Shown piece by piece: positions 52,101-64,000 of a DNA stretch of 64,000 bases; within the stretch, counting starts at the first letter, position 1, and each line of letters starts with the position of its first letter. This DNA is from Octopus vulgaris. Lineage: Eukaryota. Made by a program: the position numbers and the translations under genes. The DNA lies in the NCBI GenBank assembly GCA_951406725.2, contig OX597837.1, positions 29,450,001-29,514,000 on the forward strand, written 5' to 3'. Below the pieces are notes generated by a model, which did no database searches, was not told where the DNA came from, and was given only the letters and a program-made list of their open reading frames with translations.

Positions 52101-52419
52101 ATGGAGAAACTCTCAAAATACAAAGACCTGGAAATAGAGGTAACCAGAATGTGGAATCTAAAAACAGAAACAATTCCTATCATAGTAGGTGCATTAGGCA
52201 TGATAAAAAATATTCAGACAAATACATAACAAAAACACCAGGACTTACAAACACATATAACATACAGAAAATTGCACTACTAGGCACCGCACACATCCTA
52301 CGCAGAACACTTTCCATACAATAACCATCAGAGCATGACAACAAATCACAGCACATACCCAAGGCACACAGAGCTGCGCTCGGTAGTGAAGTGAAAGCAC
52401 GCTATAAAAAATAAAACTA

Positions 52420-52422
<3 letters not shown>
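52101..52422 (+). mobile_element. 5'-truncated R4/Dong-like non-LTR element in (TAA)n
   Basis: EKLSKYKDLEIEVTRMWNLKTETIPIIVGALG...IQKIALLGTAHILRRTLSIQ* (restriction-like endonuclease C-terminus, one frameshift); (AAT)n on both sides. Confidence 0.8.
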
Positions 52423-52468
<46 letters not shown>

Positions 52469-52840
52469 TTAGGGAGTATAGCTCCAAATTTACAGGGAAA
52501 AATTCGGTTTAGTATTAAATCAAATTTCACAGTATAAATATATAAAATATGAATTAGAGATAAAAACCACTATTATGCAACTCAAACAGTGATAGACATA
52601 AACTAATACATAAATAACAAATAATATAAATATAATTAATATAATATATAATATATATAAGTTTTTTTTTCAAAAAGTATAAAAAGAATTATAAATATAA
52701 TATAATAAGTAAAAACACTACGTACGTTTCATGGCAATAATTAAATTCGAATTACAATTACAATTAAGTTTAAATTCAATTGAAATAAATTCGAACTAAA
52801 ATTATAGTCAATCTTCAGGTTAATTATAATAGTGAATAAA
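52469..52840 (-). mobile_element. Hammerhead-bearing insert between (TAA)n and (TA)n
   Basis: Left end AGGGAGTATAGCTCCAAATTTACAGGGAAAAATTC recurs, diverged, at about 57710-57780, again next to (TA)n. Confidence 0.5.
52717..52820 (-). ncRNA. Hammerhead motif with long stem II and palindromic stem III
   Basis: CUGAAGA-[about 80-nt hairpin incl. AUAAUU/AAUUAU and UUCGAAUU/AAUUCGAA]-GAA-ACGUACGU-A|GU; stem I only about 2 bp. Confidence 0.5.
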
Positions 52841-52902
<62 letters not shown>

Positions 52903-53408
52903 TGGAGGCGCAATGGCCCGGTGGTTAGGGCAGCGGACTCGCGGTTTCTACTCCCAGACCGGACGTTGTGGGTGTTTATTGAGCGAAAACACCTAAAGCT
53001 CCTCGAGGCTCCGGCAGGGGGTGGCGATTCCTGCTGTACTCTTTCGCCACAACTTTCTCTCACTCTTTCTTCTGTTGGCCTGGCTGTTTAGCCAGCGGGG
53101 TGGCGTCATTTGAAGGCTAAAACAATGCGAATCGCATTGTGACCAGCGATGTGTAGCAACATCTGATATATATATAATTAAAATTAAGGGCATCTAAAAG
53201 ACACCACCTTGCTAGACATAGTAGTCTTTAATGCAAGAAAGTATACTAGTCCCTTAATATTTGATATTCAATATTTCATCTATTCAATAAGACAATCAAT
53301 ACTTCATTTCATTTTACTATATATACTATTTATACTATATATTCTATATTAATATTATAAAGAATATAAATAAAACAATAAAAAACAGACAGAGTTTGAA
53401 TTCCTTTG

Positions 53409-53468
<60 letters not shown>

Positions 53469-53688
53469 TCTTTTTTTACTCTTTATTTTCTTGTTTCAGT
53501 CATTTGACTGTGGCCATGCTGGAGCACCGCCTTTAGTCGAGCAAATCGACCCCGGGACTTATTCTTTGTAAGCCCAGTACTTATTATATCGGTCTCTTTT
53601 GCCGAACCGCTAAGTGACGGGGACGTAAACATACCAGCATCGTTTGTCAAGCAATGCTAGGGGGACAAACACAGATACACAAACATAT

Positions 53689-53756
<68 letters not shown>

Positions 53757-54048
53757 ATATATACGACAGGCTTCTTTCAGTTTCCGTCTACCAAATCCAC
53801 TCAAAAGGCATTGGTCGGCCCGAAGCTATAGTAGAAGACACTTGCCCAAGATGCCACGCAGTGGGACTGAACCCGGAACCATGTGGTTGGTAAGCAAGCT
53901 ACTTACCACACAGTCACTCCTGCGCCTATATATATATATTTTTATATATGTGTGTGTGTGTGTGTATGTGTGTATGTATGTATACGTGTATATATATAAA
54001 CATCTACATACATACATACATACATACATACATACATACGTACGTACG

Positions 54049-54080
<32 letters not shown>

Positions 54081-54680
54081 TGTATGTATGTATGTATGTA
54101 TGTATGTATGTACGTATGTATGAAATACTAACACGCCCACATATACACAGGAAAATGTCTGATAAACGTGTATTGTGTTTCGTCGTGAAAAGATAACGCG
54201 TGCAAGAGCCGCAGGAGGAGCGTTTGCTGCGAAGACAGGAGAAGAATGTTAATCGAATTCCGTGTCTTTTAATATGCATCGGGTGATCTCGAAGACTACC
54301 TTCCAAGAGACAACAGACAAACTTATAAAGAATTTTGTCTTGGTGTCTTAAAACAGGAAAACAAGCTATTTATTATTAACATAAATGTATTTATATAACT
54401 AGTACAAGGTTGGCAGCCGCAGTATAAATCTATGTACCAAGACGGCGCTGTTAGAAATATGCTTGTAACGAACGGTAGGGTTGTTTTTTGGTGGGGTTGC
54501 TTTTTGTGGGGGAGCGTGTGTGCGTGTGTTTGCATGTGTGTGTGTATGTTTACGTTTTCCACAAGATCTATTCCACTTAATTCTGCCAGTGGAAATAGGC
54601 GGTTTATTCTTGCGTCTATAAGCACGTGATGGATGGATTCCACCTGTAACTGAAATGGTAAAGCCTCATCAAACACTTAC

Positions 54681-54770
54681 AATAATGCTGCGAGCATAGT
54701 CACTGTGTCACTCGATATCTGCCGACGAAATACGTTCTGGGTGCACGTGTCTGAGAGCTGCTCAGAGCTA
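54681..54770 (-). other. Candidate spliced (possibly 5'UTR) exon
   Basis: Long T-tract + TTCAG acceptor at 54771, GTAAGT donor at 54680; upstream 149-nt candidate intron 54771-54919 starts GTGAGC. No homology recognised. Confidence 0.3.
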
Positions 54771-57255
54771 CTGAAGCACGAGAACAAAAAAAAAAAAACC
54801 CCAAAAAAAAAAACAATAACAACAACAGCAAAAAAAAAAACAAAACAAAACAAAAACAGCGTTATGTGAAGTTTATGCAACAACCAGAATCTCAATTTCT
54901 CCTCATCCCCATCGCTCACCTTTTTGCTTCAGTTTCTTTCTAATATTTCAAAGTACTGCAGACATCCACAAAAATTCCTCGGGGACACCAAAGCCGTTTC
55001 GTTTTCCAGCTTGTAGTTGCTAATAACTTGAGACCTGATTTGCTGAAACTCCACCCCAAATAGTAACGATTCTGAAAGAACTTACGCAATTTTCTTCGTC
55101 AGCTACCAGTGCTACATCTTTCCACTAGAAATAGGTAATGGTAAAAAAGATTTATTTAGATAGACTAGGCGCAGGAGTGGCTGTGTGGTAGGTAGCTTGT
55201 TTACCAACCACATGGTTCCGGGTTCAGTCCCACTGCGTGGCACCTTGGGCAAGTGTCTTCTACTATAGCCTCGGGCCGACCAAAGCCTTGTGAGTGGATT
55301 TGGTAGACGGAAGCTGAAAGAAGCCCAGACTAGGCGCAGGAGTGGCTGTGTGGTAAGTAGCTTGTTTACCAACCACATGGTTCCGGGTTCAGTCCCACTG
55401 CGTGGCACCTTGGGCAAGTGTCTTCTACCATAGCCTCGGGCCGACCAAAGCCTTGTGAGTGGATTTGGTAGACGGAAACTGAAAGAAGCCCGTCGTATAT
55501 AAGTATATGCGTGTGTATGCTTGTGTGTCTGTGTTTGTCCCCCTAGCATTGCTTGACAACCGATGCTGGTGTGTTTATGTCCCCGTTACTTAGCGGTTCG
55601 GCAAAAGAGACCGATAGAATAAGTACTGGGTTTACAAAAGAATAAGTCCCGGGGTCGATTTGCTCGATTAAAGGCGGTGCTCCAGCATGGCCGCAGTCAA
55701 ATGACTGAAACAAGTAAATGAGTAAATGAGTAATGTAAAGTATAATACTGGTTTCAAATTTTGGCACAAGGCCAGTAATTTCTGTGCAGGGGTGGTGACT
55801 AAGTCGATTACATCGACTCCAATGCTCAACCGGTACTTTATTTATCGACCCCGAGGGATGAAAAGTATTTGAAATCAGAGCTTAAGGCCAGAGGAAATTC
55901 CATTAAACATTTTACCCGACGTTCTAACGATTCTTATTCCTTTATTGCCTGCAAGGGACTAAACATAGAGGGGACAAACACAGACAGACAAACGGCACCA
56001 GTGCGTAACTGGTCCTTAATTTATCGACCCCGAAAGGATAAAAGGCAAAGTCGACCTCAGCGGAATTTGAACTCAGAACGTAACGGCAGACGAAATACCT
56101 ATTTCTTTACTACCCACAAGAGGCTAAACACAGAGAGGACAAACAAGGACAGACAAACGGATTAAGTCGATTACATCGACCCCAGTGCGTAACTGGTACT
56201 TATTTAATTAACCCCGAAAGGATAAAAGGCAAAGTCGACCTCAGCGGAATTTGAACTCAGAACGTAACGGCAGACGAAATGCCTATTTCTTTACTACCCA
56301 CAAGAGGCTAAACACAGAGGGGACAAACAAGGACAGACAAAAGGATTAAGTCGATTACATCGATCCAGAGTGCGTAACTGGTACTTATTTAATCGACCCC
56401 GAAATGATGAAAGGCAAAGTCGACCTCGGCGAAATTTGAACTCAGATCGTAACGGCAGACGAAATACCGCTAAGCATTTCGCTCGGCGTGCTAACGTTTC
56501 TGCCACCTTGCCACCTTTTCTAAAAAATAAATATTGATTTCAAATTTTGGCTCAAGGCTAGCAATTTCAGAGGAGGGATTAAGTCAATTTTATCGAATCC
56601 AGTGTTTAACCTCGAATGGATGAAAGGCAAAATCGACCTCGGCGGAATTTGAACTCAGAACAGACAGAATGAAGAACTGTATAGCGAGACAGACACATAG
56701 GACGCAACAATAAAAGTGGATGCAACAGGCGTGAGGGGGTTGCCGGAGCACATTTACTGTGGCGGTGGTGGACCTGTCGTACCTGGCTAGATTAAAGAGG
56801 TATGAGGAAGACTTTGAGTGGTGGGGCAAGAAAATAAGCACCAGTACCATGCCAGATCGGTTAAGTTATTTTGAAATTTTAAGGATATATAAAATAGACA
56901 TTTTGCGTAAAAGTGAAAGTTAGCTGGTGCAAATGGTAATATAAATGGTGTTGGTACAGCTCCAATGAAGTTATGATAACTTACATAATGTATGACACAT
57001 GCTCTTGTATTATGTTGCATTAAATAAAGGCACTCAGCGAAACAATTCTCGCACAATTTTAAACCATATATATTTATCTATATTTCTATATAATATATAT
57101 ATATATAAAATTTTTAAAATATATATATATATATATATATTGATAAAACGGTAAGATAACAAAAGAAAGAAAGAGACCTCAATATTATGTAAATAGAGGA
57201 AATTTATCTATACAATATGTTACATTACTCGGTAATTACTACCGAGTAATGTAAC

Positions 57256-57380
<125 letters not shown>

Positions 57381-57384
57381 TATA

Positions 57385-57690
57385 TTGAGGGTACAACTAT
57401 ACATAGATACCACACGTTAAGAGGGACCAATGCGGTCAAAACTACTAAAATAAACAAAATTTTACCGAATGCAAAACTTCAAAGCAAGTCATTTAAAAAA
57501 AAGAATTTAGTTACATATCACCTGTGATTTCGCAATTAATGCAGAATATGCATTCCATGTTCATCAGTGCAACAAACTCAAGACATATAAGAAAAAACAT
57601 AACGTTACAAACCTGATAGCCAACCGTAGAATTCGTCGTAGCATGTACGAACGTTTATCTTTACATATCTATGAAAATGGCGGGCATGTA
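57385..57690 (-). mobile_element. Hammerhead-bearing insert in (TA)n
   Basis: About 300-nt unique insert between TA tracts containing the 57510-57573 hammerhead. Confidence 0.55.
57510..57573 (-). ncRNA. Type I hammerhead ribozyme motif (intact core)
   Basis: GUUGCA-CUGAUGA-[stem II containing AAUGCA/UGCAUU]-GAA-AUCAC-AG-GUGAU-A|UGUAAC: 6-bp stem I, full core, 5-bp stem III, AUA cleavage triplet. Stem II base pair is A.C. Confidence 0.75.
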
Positions 57691-57833
57691 TGTATATATA
57701 TATGATATGAGGGAATATAATTCCAAACTTACAAGGAAAAATTCAATTTAGAAATACTAAATCAAATTTCACAAAATATAATATATATATATAGGTGGTG
57801 TACAAAACAAACAGATGTATTAGTATAACGCTC

Positions 57834-57867
<34 letters not shown>

Positions 57868-58127
57868 TCGAAATGGGGAGTAGATGAAACAGGGACAACT
57901 GAGGAAGGGGAATATTCTTTATGTTGCATGTCTCGTTTCTCTGTTTGTTTTTTTTCGTTGTCCCCCAAAACGTTCGTTTCTATGTTTTTGTTTTTGTTTT
58001 CGTTTCCCATTATATTCAACGTTTTTTTGGGGGGGATGTCCTGTTCCCATATATGCATGAATATATACATATATGTATGTATGTACATATATTTATGCTA
58101 ATATGCATATATTCATATATTATTTAT

Positions 58128-58196
<69 letters not shown>

Positions 58197-58205
58197 GTAA
58201 ATATA

Positions 58206-58260
<55 letters not shown>

Positions 58261-58269
58261 AAATATATA

Positions 58270-58742
58270 AATATTGCAAATAAGAAAATGGAGAAGCACA
58301 ATAGTTGGTTCATCAACTTTAGGACATCAACTTATTTATTCATTAAAATGGTAATTATAACGACATGCATGCATATAGCATATTATTTTATGCATATAAA
58401 ATAAGAATACAAGCAATTATTAAAAAACATGAATATAAATTATTAAAATCAATTTCAGCTGCTTTAAATTCATTTATCCTAAATATTAATTCTTTAATAT
58501 AAGTATCACCCAAGGATAATTTAAATAAATAAGTTATACCTATAACACCTAAGGGTACTTATATCAAAGAATTAATATTTAGGATAAAGGAATTTAAACA
58601 GCTGTAATTGATTTTAATAATTTATATTCAATTTTTTTGATAATTGCTTGTATTCTTATTTTATATGCATAGAATATGCTACATGTATGCATGTTGTTAT
58701 AATTATCATTTTGATAAATAAATAAATTTTAATATCCTAAAG
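58270..58742. mobile_element. Fold-back insert beside TA/TG microsatellite
   Basis: Diverged arms 58317-58505 and 58556-58742 (contains AAACAGCTGTA, a stem-III-like palindrome); left tail is the reverse complement of 35409-35458. Confidence 0.55.
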
Positions 58743-58871
58743 CTCGTCGTCTGTAACTCAGGGGACTTTGTTCGAAGATAAATGTTTTGCGCAAATGCCT
58801 ACATCTTTCGTCAATATACTGCAAATGTGCACATACATACATACATACATACATACATACATACATTATTT

Positions 58872-59380
58872 TGGCTGCCCCCTCGTTATCAAGTATGGCC
58901 ATTGCACGAAGCTTAACTGTTACTGGTGCTGTGATCGAATGTGACTTTTTAGCCCAGCTAAAGATCTACAATGTCTTGTACAGAATTAGCAACTAAGACC
59001 TTTACTGGTAATAGCCGGCTATAGTTGTAACTGGGCTTTGCATGTACCTTTGCATGTCGTTTAAGTCCTCCTGCCGAATTACACTCTCTTCCACATGCCC
59101 AACAAATAGGATTAGTATGGTGTGTTACACCATCACCAGTGGCCAGGTTGTCACTCATCTGTCTCGTTTTATGACTACGGAGATGACTCATGAGTCCAGC
59201 TTTACTGAGGTAGGGCCTTACACAGACATTGCATGTCAGAATCAAAGGAAGACCCTTCAATTCTGGAAGTGTAACAGCGATGCCCTTTCTGACATCCCTC
59301 CTTACTTTCTCATATATACGCACATACTCACACTCATACGCGTGTACTGGGGTATTGGTTTATGTACATATGCCAATACC
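58872..59380 (-). mobile_element. RTE-like LINE 3' fragment with two C2H2 fingers
   Basis: CNVCVRPYLSKAGLMSHLRSH and CWACGRECNSAGGLKRHAKVH. Confidence 0.65.
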
Positions 59381-60295
59381 CTGATTAGCGAAATTAATAC
59401 ACAACTTTTCTCTTCATTATCAAATTCTGTTTCTTGAAGAAGGTAATTCATAGATTTGAAACAGATAAATACTTTTAATTATTGAAAGAAATATATACAT
59501 TCGTTTAAAATACAGTGGGCCAGTCAACAACAGCTCAATATGAGTGTGTGTTTGTGTGAGTGTGTGCGTGTATGTATGTACATATATGTTTGTACATATA
59601 TGTATGTATATATGTACGTGTGTGTATATATGTATATGTATGAGAAAAAGAACATGGAGAAATTTATATACAGGCATTAGTTTATTCAAAGTTATTCAAA
59701 TCAATATAAGACGAAATTCTCATCGAAGAAATATATAGTAGAAGACACTTGCCCAAAGTGTCACGCAGTGGGACTGAACCCAGAATCATGTGGTTGGTAA
59801 GCAAGCTACTTACCACACAGCCACTCCTGCGCCTAAATGTTACTTCACAACTCCAGATTTCGAAAACATCCTTAAGTGGAGTCACATAAGTATTTTTTTT
59901 CCTTTATTATCTCTCAACAACAAAAATACACAATTACTACACATATTAAGGAAACCACCTGTACTCCAGCCTTTCTTATATTAGACAACACTTAGTTGAA
60001 ACTCAAAGCGACTGCAAAGCGATAGTTTCCACGGAGGAAAGCAAGATATGTACTTCATAAGTAAGACACATAACTCTTTACCCTTTTACTTGTTTCAGTC
60101 ATTTGACTGCGGCCATGCTGGAGCACCGCTTTTAATCGAGCAACTCGACCCCAGGACTTATTCTTTGTAAGCCCAGTACTTATTCTATCGGTTCTCTTTT
60201 GCCGAACCGCTAAGTGACGGGGACATAAACACACCAGCATCGGTTGTCAAGCAATGCTAGGGGGACAAACACAGACACACAAACATATACACACA

Positions 60296-60357
<62 letters not shown>

Positions 60358-60730
60358 TACGACGGGCTTCTTTTCAGTTTCCGTCTGCCAAATCCACTCA
60401 CAAGGCTTTGGTCGGCCCGAGGCTATATATAGAAGACACTTGCCCAAGATGCCACACAGTGGGACTGAACCCGGAACCATGTGGTTGGTAAGCAAGCTAC
60501 TTACCACACAGACACTCCTACGCCTAAATGAATGTGTAAAAATAACAAATCAGATTTTAAAAATAAAAATCTTTCATTTTTATGGCAAACAGCTGAATTC
60601 AAATATGTTATATGTGCCCTATTTCAGTTATAGAACTTAGGTTTATAATGGGTTTTTTTTTTTTCTCGTGACATGTATTCTCTCCTGAAGATCACTATGG
60701 CGTGAAGCTAAAGTCACGTGCATAAAAGCG

Positions 60731-60780
<50 letters not shown>

Positions 60781-61202
60781 CAAAAGTTTATGTATATATG
60801 TATATATGTACATATGTACATATGCATGTTTGAGTTATGACAGGACGGCATTGAGATTAAGATCGAGGCCAAGTTGAGAAGCGGTGTTAAATTACCATCG
60901 ACAGCTTCACTCTGGCATGTATGATCTTACTATGCAAGTATGATATTACTATCTTGGCTTTTTGCCGAGTTTCTTACGACCAGTTTATGAACGTAGAATT
61001 TCATGAAACAGAATGGAGGGGAATGGAAAACTACTCAAACACGTTTCTGCCAGTTGTGTTGTAGAATGCTATTGTGAAAAATTCCAGTCGCTTTTTAACA
61101 CCGCTGTTTGAAGAGTTTAAACTACCAAACGTCGCAAGCTCAGGTTGCTAAGAAACTCGTTTGCAAAACTCGTAAGAAAAACCTGTTAATGTTGCAAATA
61201 CC

Positions 61203-62880
61203 TAAAAGAGACGTTCATCACTTGCGATTGTGTACGGGTTTGTGACATGTACCGTGTTTTCATTATTCATGTGGGGGACATGTGGCTCTGGTGTTAGAGT
61301 GTCTGTAAAAACCCGTTTTACCCTGTCAGCTGTTGGAAAGGACGCGGTAAGGTCGAGGGGACATCTCACAGAGTCATTTCGAAGAAATTCGTTAGTCCAC
61401 GAAGCAATATTCTGCGGAACCGAAGATGTAATAATCTGTTGCCAAGAGGTCATCGGCGGAAGATTGAAGAAATACGATCGAAGTCTGTTGATGTAGAGAA
61501 CAGGATCTTGGGAAGATAAGTCCGCTGGGGCCAGCATCTGACCCGATAAGGGTAACGGTACTCTGTAAAGTGAGACCTGGACGCTATACACACGCCAAGA
61601 GCGTCGCCTAAACATCTTTCACCTGCGCTGCCTCCGAAAAATCCTCCGCATCAAATGGCAGAATCATATCCCCAACAAAGATGTCCTCAGGCAAGCAGGA
61701 ATACCAAGCATGTTTGCACTCCTCACACAAAGACGTATGAGATGGCTTGGGCATGTTAGCCGTATGAAAGATGGCAGAATCCCCAAGGACATACTCTACG
61801 GAGAGCTTGCTAGGGGTACTAGGTCTGTGGGTAGACCGATCTTACGTTACAAGGATGTTTGCAAAAGAGACATGAAGGCCTGCAACATCAATATTAGCGG
61901 TTGGGAGGCAGTTGCCGGCAACCGTGGAGAATGGCGACGTACCGTAAAAGAGGGAATACAAAGGAGTGACAGAGAGAGAGAGAGAGGAGAAATGGAAAGA
62001 CAAGAAAAGACGTCAACAAGAGACTATGGCATTACAACCAGCCAGGATCAGTCTTCGCTACATTTGCGGTACCTGCCAGAGGGAGTGTTTGTCCAGGATA
62101 GGACTACACAGCCACAGCAGGAAATGTATCAGGACATGAAATATAAAAGCCGGACTAGACTACTTTATGCGCAACTCCATTGTCTCCCGAGACAGAAAGG
62201 ATGCTAGTACCAATACTCTGTAAAGTAGCTCTGCCGGAGAGTATCCAAGATCCTTCGTGACTGCTGAACGGCAACCCAGAAGAACAATAATACGACCGAA
62301 GTCTGTTGACGTAGAGAACAGGATCTTGGGAAGATAAGTCCGCTGGGGCCAGCATCTGACCCGATAAGGGTAACGGTACTCTGTAAAGCAGCTCTGCCAG
62401 AGAGTATCCAAGATCCTTCTTGACTGCTGAATGGTAGCCCTGAAGAACAATGAGTAGGTACTCGCTCCATCGATGTTGGTCAAGATAAGTATGCATCACA
62501 GCCTTCAGTTGGACGGCGACGAGCAGACAGAAACGTTAGCACGCCGGGCGAAATGCATAGCCGTAATTCGTCTGTCGTTACGTTGTGAGTTCAAATTCCG
62601 CCGAGTTCGACTTTGCCTTTCATCCTTTCGGGGTCGATAAATTAAGTACCAGTTACGCACTGGGGTCGATGTAATCGACTTAATACCTATGTCTATCTTT
62701 GTCCCTTCTATGTTTAGCCCCTTGTGGGTAATAAAGAAATAGGTGGAAGCATTCCACCATACCATTTGAAGCTGGGTGGTAACTAGTTGTCCGAATGCGC
62801 CGCGTACCTAGAATTTTCGAAAGCTCATGGAAGTGCTGGGATTCGAACTGCCTACCATGGTCAGTGGTGATCGTGGTATG
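61203..62880 (-). mobile_element. Gypsy integrase remnant interrupted by RTE and SINE
   Basis: RIRTTSYHPASNGMVECFH (about 62753-62810), KDLGYSPAELLY, FLRNDSVRCPL. Confidence 0.75.
61569..62212 (+). mobile_element. 5'-truncated RTE LINE
   Basis: SETWTLY...FHLRCLRKILRIKWQNHIPN...RRMRWLGHVSRMKDGRIPKDILYGEL..GRP; TACTCTGTAAAGT repeated on both sides. Confidence 0.85.
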
Positions 62881-64000
62881 AACGTCGTAACGCGATATCC
62901 AACTCGAAACCGGGGCTCACGCTACCGATTCCGGTCAATGTGTAAAGCGGTCGATGCACGTATGGAAATACGTAAAGCCTTGATTAACTGGCCACGGTCC
63001 GACTAGATCGATATGGATGTGGCTCAGATGAGTATCCGGGTGTTGAACTTACTGAGAAGTGCACGAATGAGCCTATGCACTTTAGCTTTCTTGCAGAAAA
63101 GATGTGACCAAGCAGTGATGTCTCGTCTCATATTCGGTCAGAAGAATCAAGCCGAAATGGGTTTCACTGTAGCTAAAGCTCCAGGGTGCGAGGGACTATG
63201 CAGAGTGTGGAAAACAATTCGACGATGAGCCTCTAGAGCAAGAGGACGTGGTCCATCCGTCGAGATGTCACAAGCTACTTTATTTCATGAAAGATTCGCC
63301 ATTAAGGCGTTACATAGAGGGGACATACAAATACAGACAAACATAGGGTGTGGTAGCTTAAAACGTTTTAGTATTTACAATATAATGTGTACAATATTTA
63401 CAATATAGAGTTTACAAATTTAATATTACACAGTAGGGCAAGGAACCCAGCCATCTGGGTAAAACCTTTACTTCTTGATCCGGCCACACTTACCTGGTGC
63501 CAAATATACCCAGCTTGCAAGCTACAGACTTCCATCTTTTCACAAACATATCTCGTGACAGACACCTCTTCTCCAGCCCGGTCTTACTACCGAGGTGGAG
63601 GCGCAATGGCCCAGTGGTTAGGGCAGCGGACTCGCGGTCATAGGATCGCGGTTTCGATTCTCAGACCGGGCGTTGTGAGTGTTTATTGAGCGAAAACACC
63701 TAAAAGCTCCACGAGGCTCCGGCAGGGGATGGTGGTGATCCCTGCTGTACTCTTTCACCACAACTTTCTCTCACTCTTACTTCCTGTTTCTGTTGTACCT
63801 GTATTTCAAAGGGCCGGCCTTGTCACTCTCTGTGTCACGCTAAATATCCCCGAGAACTACGTTAAGGGTGCACGTGTCTGTGGAGTGCGCAGCCACTTAC
63901 ACGTTAATTTCACGAGCAGGCTGTTCCGTTGATTCGGATCAACTGGAACCCTCATCGTCGTAACCGACGGAGTGCTTCCACTACCGAGGTGGTAACTAAA

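Noticed and set aside
60681-60720. CTGAAGA...GTGAAGCTAAAGTC hammerhead-like string
   Set aside because: No stem I and GAAG instead of GAAA; compatible with chance.

Overview
AT-rich, microsatellite-dense eukaryotic DNA, most likely Octopus or a related cephalopod (inferred from the tRNA-derived SINE landscape, not verified). Almost all long ORFs in the track are microsatellite artefacts. Host coding content is small: two phase-compatible exons of an SLC16/monocarboxylate-transporter-like gene on the minus strand (32484-32627, 19504-19801), an intronless RPS21 retrocopy (46634-46912) and a decayed tRNA-Gly copy. The rest is layered transposon debris: at least five SINE families; Merlin-, piggyBac-, Tigger-, Tc1- and Helitron-like DNA elements; RTE, Tx1 and R4/Dong-like LINE fragments; Gypsy remnants; a solo LTR; and mini/microsatellites. 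The most striking structure is a set of short, ORF-less, mutually dissimilar inserts, mostly in (TA)n tracts. Many are fold-backs (inverted arm + spacer + arm + tail), and many carry a minimal type I hammerhead ribozyme motif (stem I-CUGANGA-stem II-GAA-short, often palindromic stem III-UH). This matches Penelope-like pseudo-LTR remnants or non-autonomous ribozyme retroelements that appear to target (TA)n. All structures were read by eye; no searches or folding were run.
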